From positions 18,064,534 to 18,128,533 of the forward strand of contig CM120644.1 of assembly GCA_051362555.1 (NCBI GenBank): DNA of 64,000 nucleotides, read 5' to 3'. Below, piece by piece: positions 62,801 to 64,000 of this stretch. This DNA is from Lingula anatina (lineage: Eukaryota > Animalia > Brachiopoda). Within the stretch, counting starts at the first letter, position 1, and the number at the start of each line of letters is the position of its first letter. A program made the position numbers and the translations under genes. The notes under the pieces are model-generated. The model made no database searches. It was not told the DNA's origin and saw only the letters and a list, made by a program, of their open reading frames with translations.

Positions 62801-64000
62801 TATATCAAATGTCGCAATTAGGCAAAAGCAAATAGTTCAGATAATTGAAAGATGAAAAACAACATATACAAAGACCACCTACAGCGAATGTCATCTGTTA
62901 TTGCTTTTACGTGACCCATTCAGAAAGAGATAAAACATGACATGCCAGTGGGTAAGTTTAACCCAAATTAGATCTAAGTGAAAACTGATCTATCGCACAT
63001 TTAATTGATGTGACTGTAAAAGGGAAAACTTTGTCGCAAATAATTTTATATATGTCATGCGATATTTTGTTCCTACATCTACAAATAATAAAATACATCG
63101 ATTGTTAGCTTTTAGTTAAACAATTAATTCGTTTAACACGCCCCTTATGGCAAACGAAAAAGCAAGTCTGGGTGCAATATTTACTCCGCTAAGTCTATTA
63201 AATAAAGAACAAAACGGTCTTTAGTGAGGACAGGTGTGGTTGGAGGCAACTGGTTGCCGACCTCCGGACCGAAGGCGGACACTGATGATGATGATGATGA
63301 TGTTGGCGATGATGATGTTATCTGTGTTTGTTTGAGTCGGAAACCCGACAGTGTCATGGTTGAGGAATAAGTTAGTATATTTTCCCCCACAGAAACTCTT
63401 TACCCCCGGTACATATACGCGAAGATTGTTTATTTGGGTGGAAATGACACTTATACGCACTACCATCTACACTGTATACCAGGGGTGCACTTCTCTTACA
63501 GCAGAAAATCGTGGCATGAAATTTCCAGAGACATATATGTGAATATATTAGTGAAAAATCCATCTGTGACCTTGGTACAGGGTATATTCAAACAACTTTC
63601 TTCTCCATAGCGACTGTCTCAGCGACAGAGTATGTAATAACCTTCAGCTACACGTATAAACCTGAAAGGTTTTAGACATAACCGACGCATCTTGCCTCAG
63701 GAAAAAAAATAACATCACCTGGACGAGATTTTGGACTTAAAGGATCATGTCTTCTTTCGTGTTGTGTAGCCTTAAGTGTCCTAATGTTTACAATGTTAAC
63801 GGCTAGAGGGTATCCATTTGTCCTCAATGGAGAGCGCTAATGTTCCAAGTGACCATGCTTTGGTCTTGGTGGGTCACGGGTTAGATAAGCTGAGTTCTCG
63901 TCTGCTAAAACTGATCCAATGCTAAAGTTTTCAATGGCACGGAAATTAATCTTACAATATCGAAAAGACCGCCTGCCTGGGATTTCAATATCTACCGGTG

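Overview
This is AT-rich, microsatellite- and MITE-rich animal genomic DNA. Gene content suggests a lophotrochozoan/mollusc-like invertebrate, but the species cannot be determined from the sequence. All four genes I can support are GPCRs on the minus strand. (1) A first coding exon (3165-3264) looks like a group-4 opsin; it is absent from the ORF track and its remaining exons would lie left of the window. (2,3) Two intronless rhodopsin-class receptors of the FMRFamide-receptor-like/srw-like type (10116-11306, 16414-17631) arose from a ~5 kb tandem duplication. (4) A class B (secretin-family) receptor with 12 coding exons and PDF-receptor motifs (24404-44160) assembles by hand, through GT-AG introns, into an intact 469-aa frame. 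Non-coding DNA holds many non-autonomous DNA transposons: a 3.9 kb Academ-like element with a nested MITE, and Ginger-, Kolobok-, EnSpm- and hAT-like MITEs. Most short ORFs in the track are spurious. I see no prokaryotic-type system. The best leads are the opsin/PDFR/orphan-GPCR neighbourhood, a duplicated splice acceptor in PDFR that would truncate the receptor, and the mosaic divergence of the two duplicated receptors. All family assignments come from motif recognition, not database searches.
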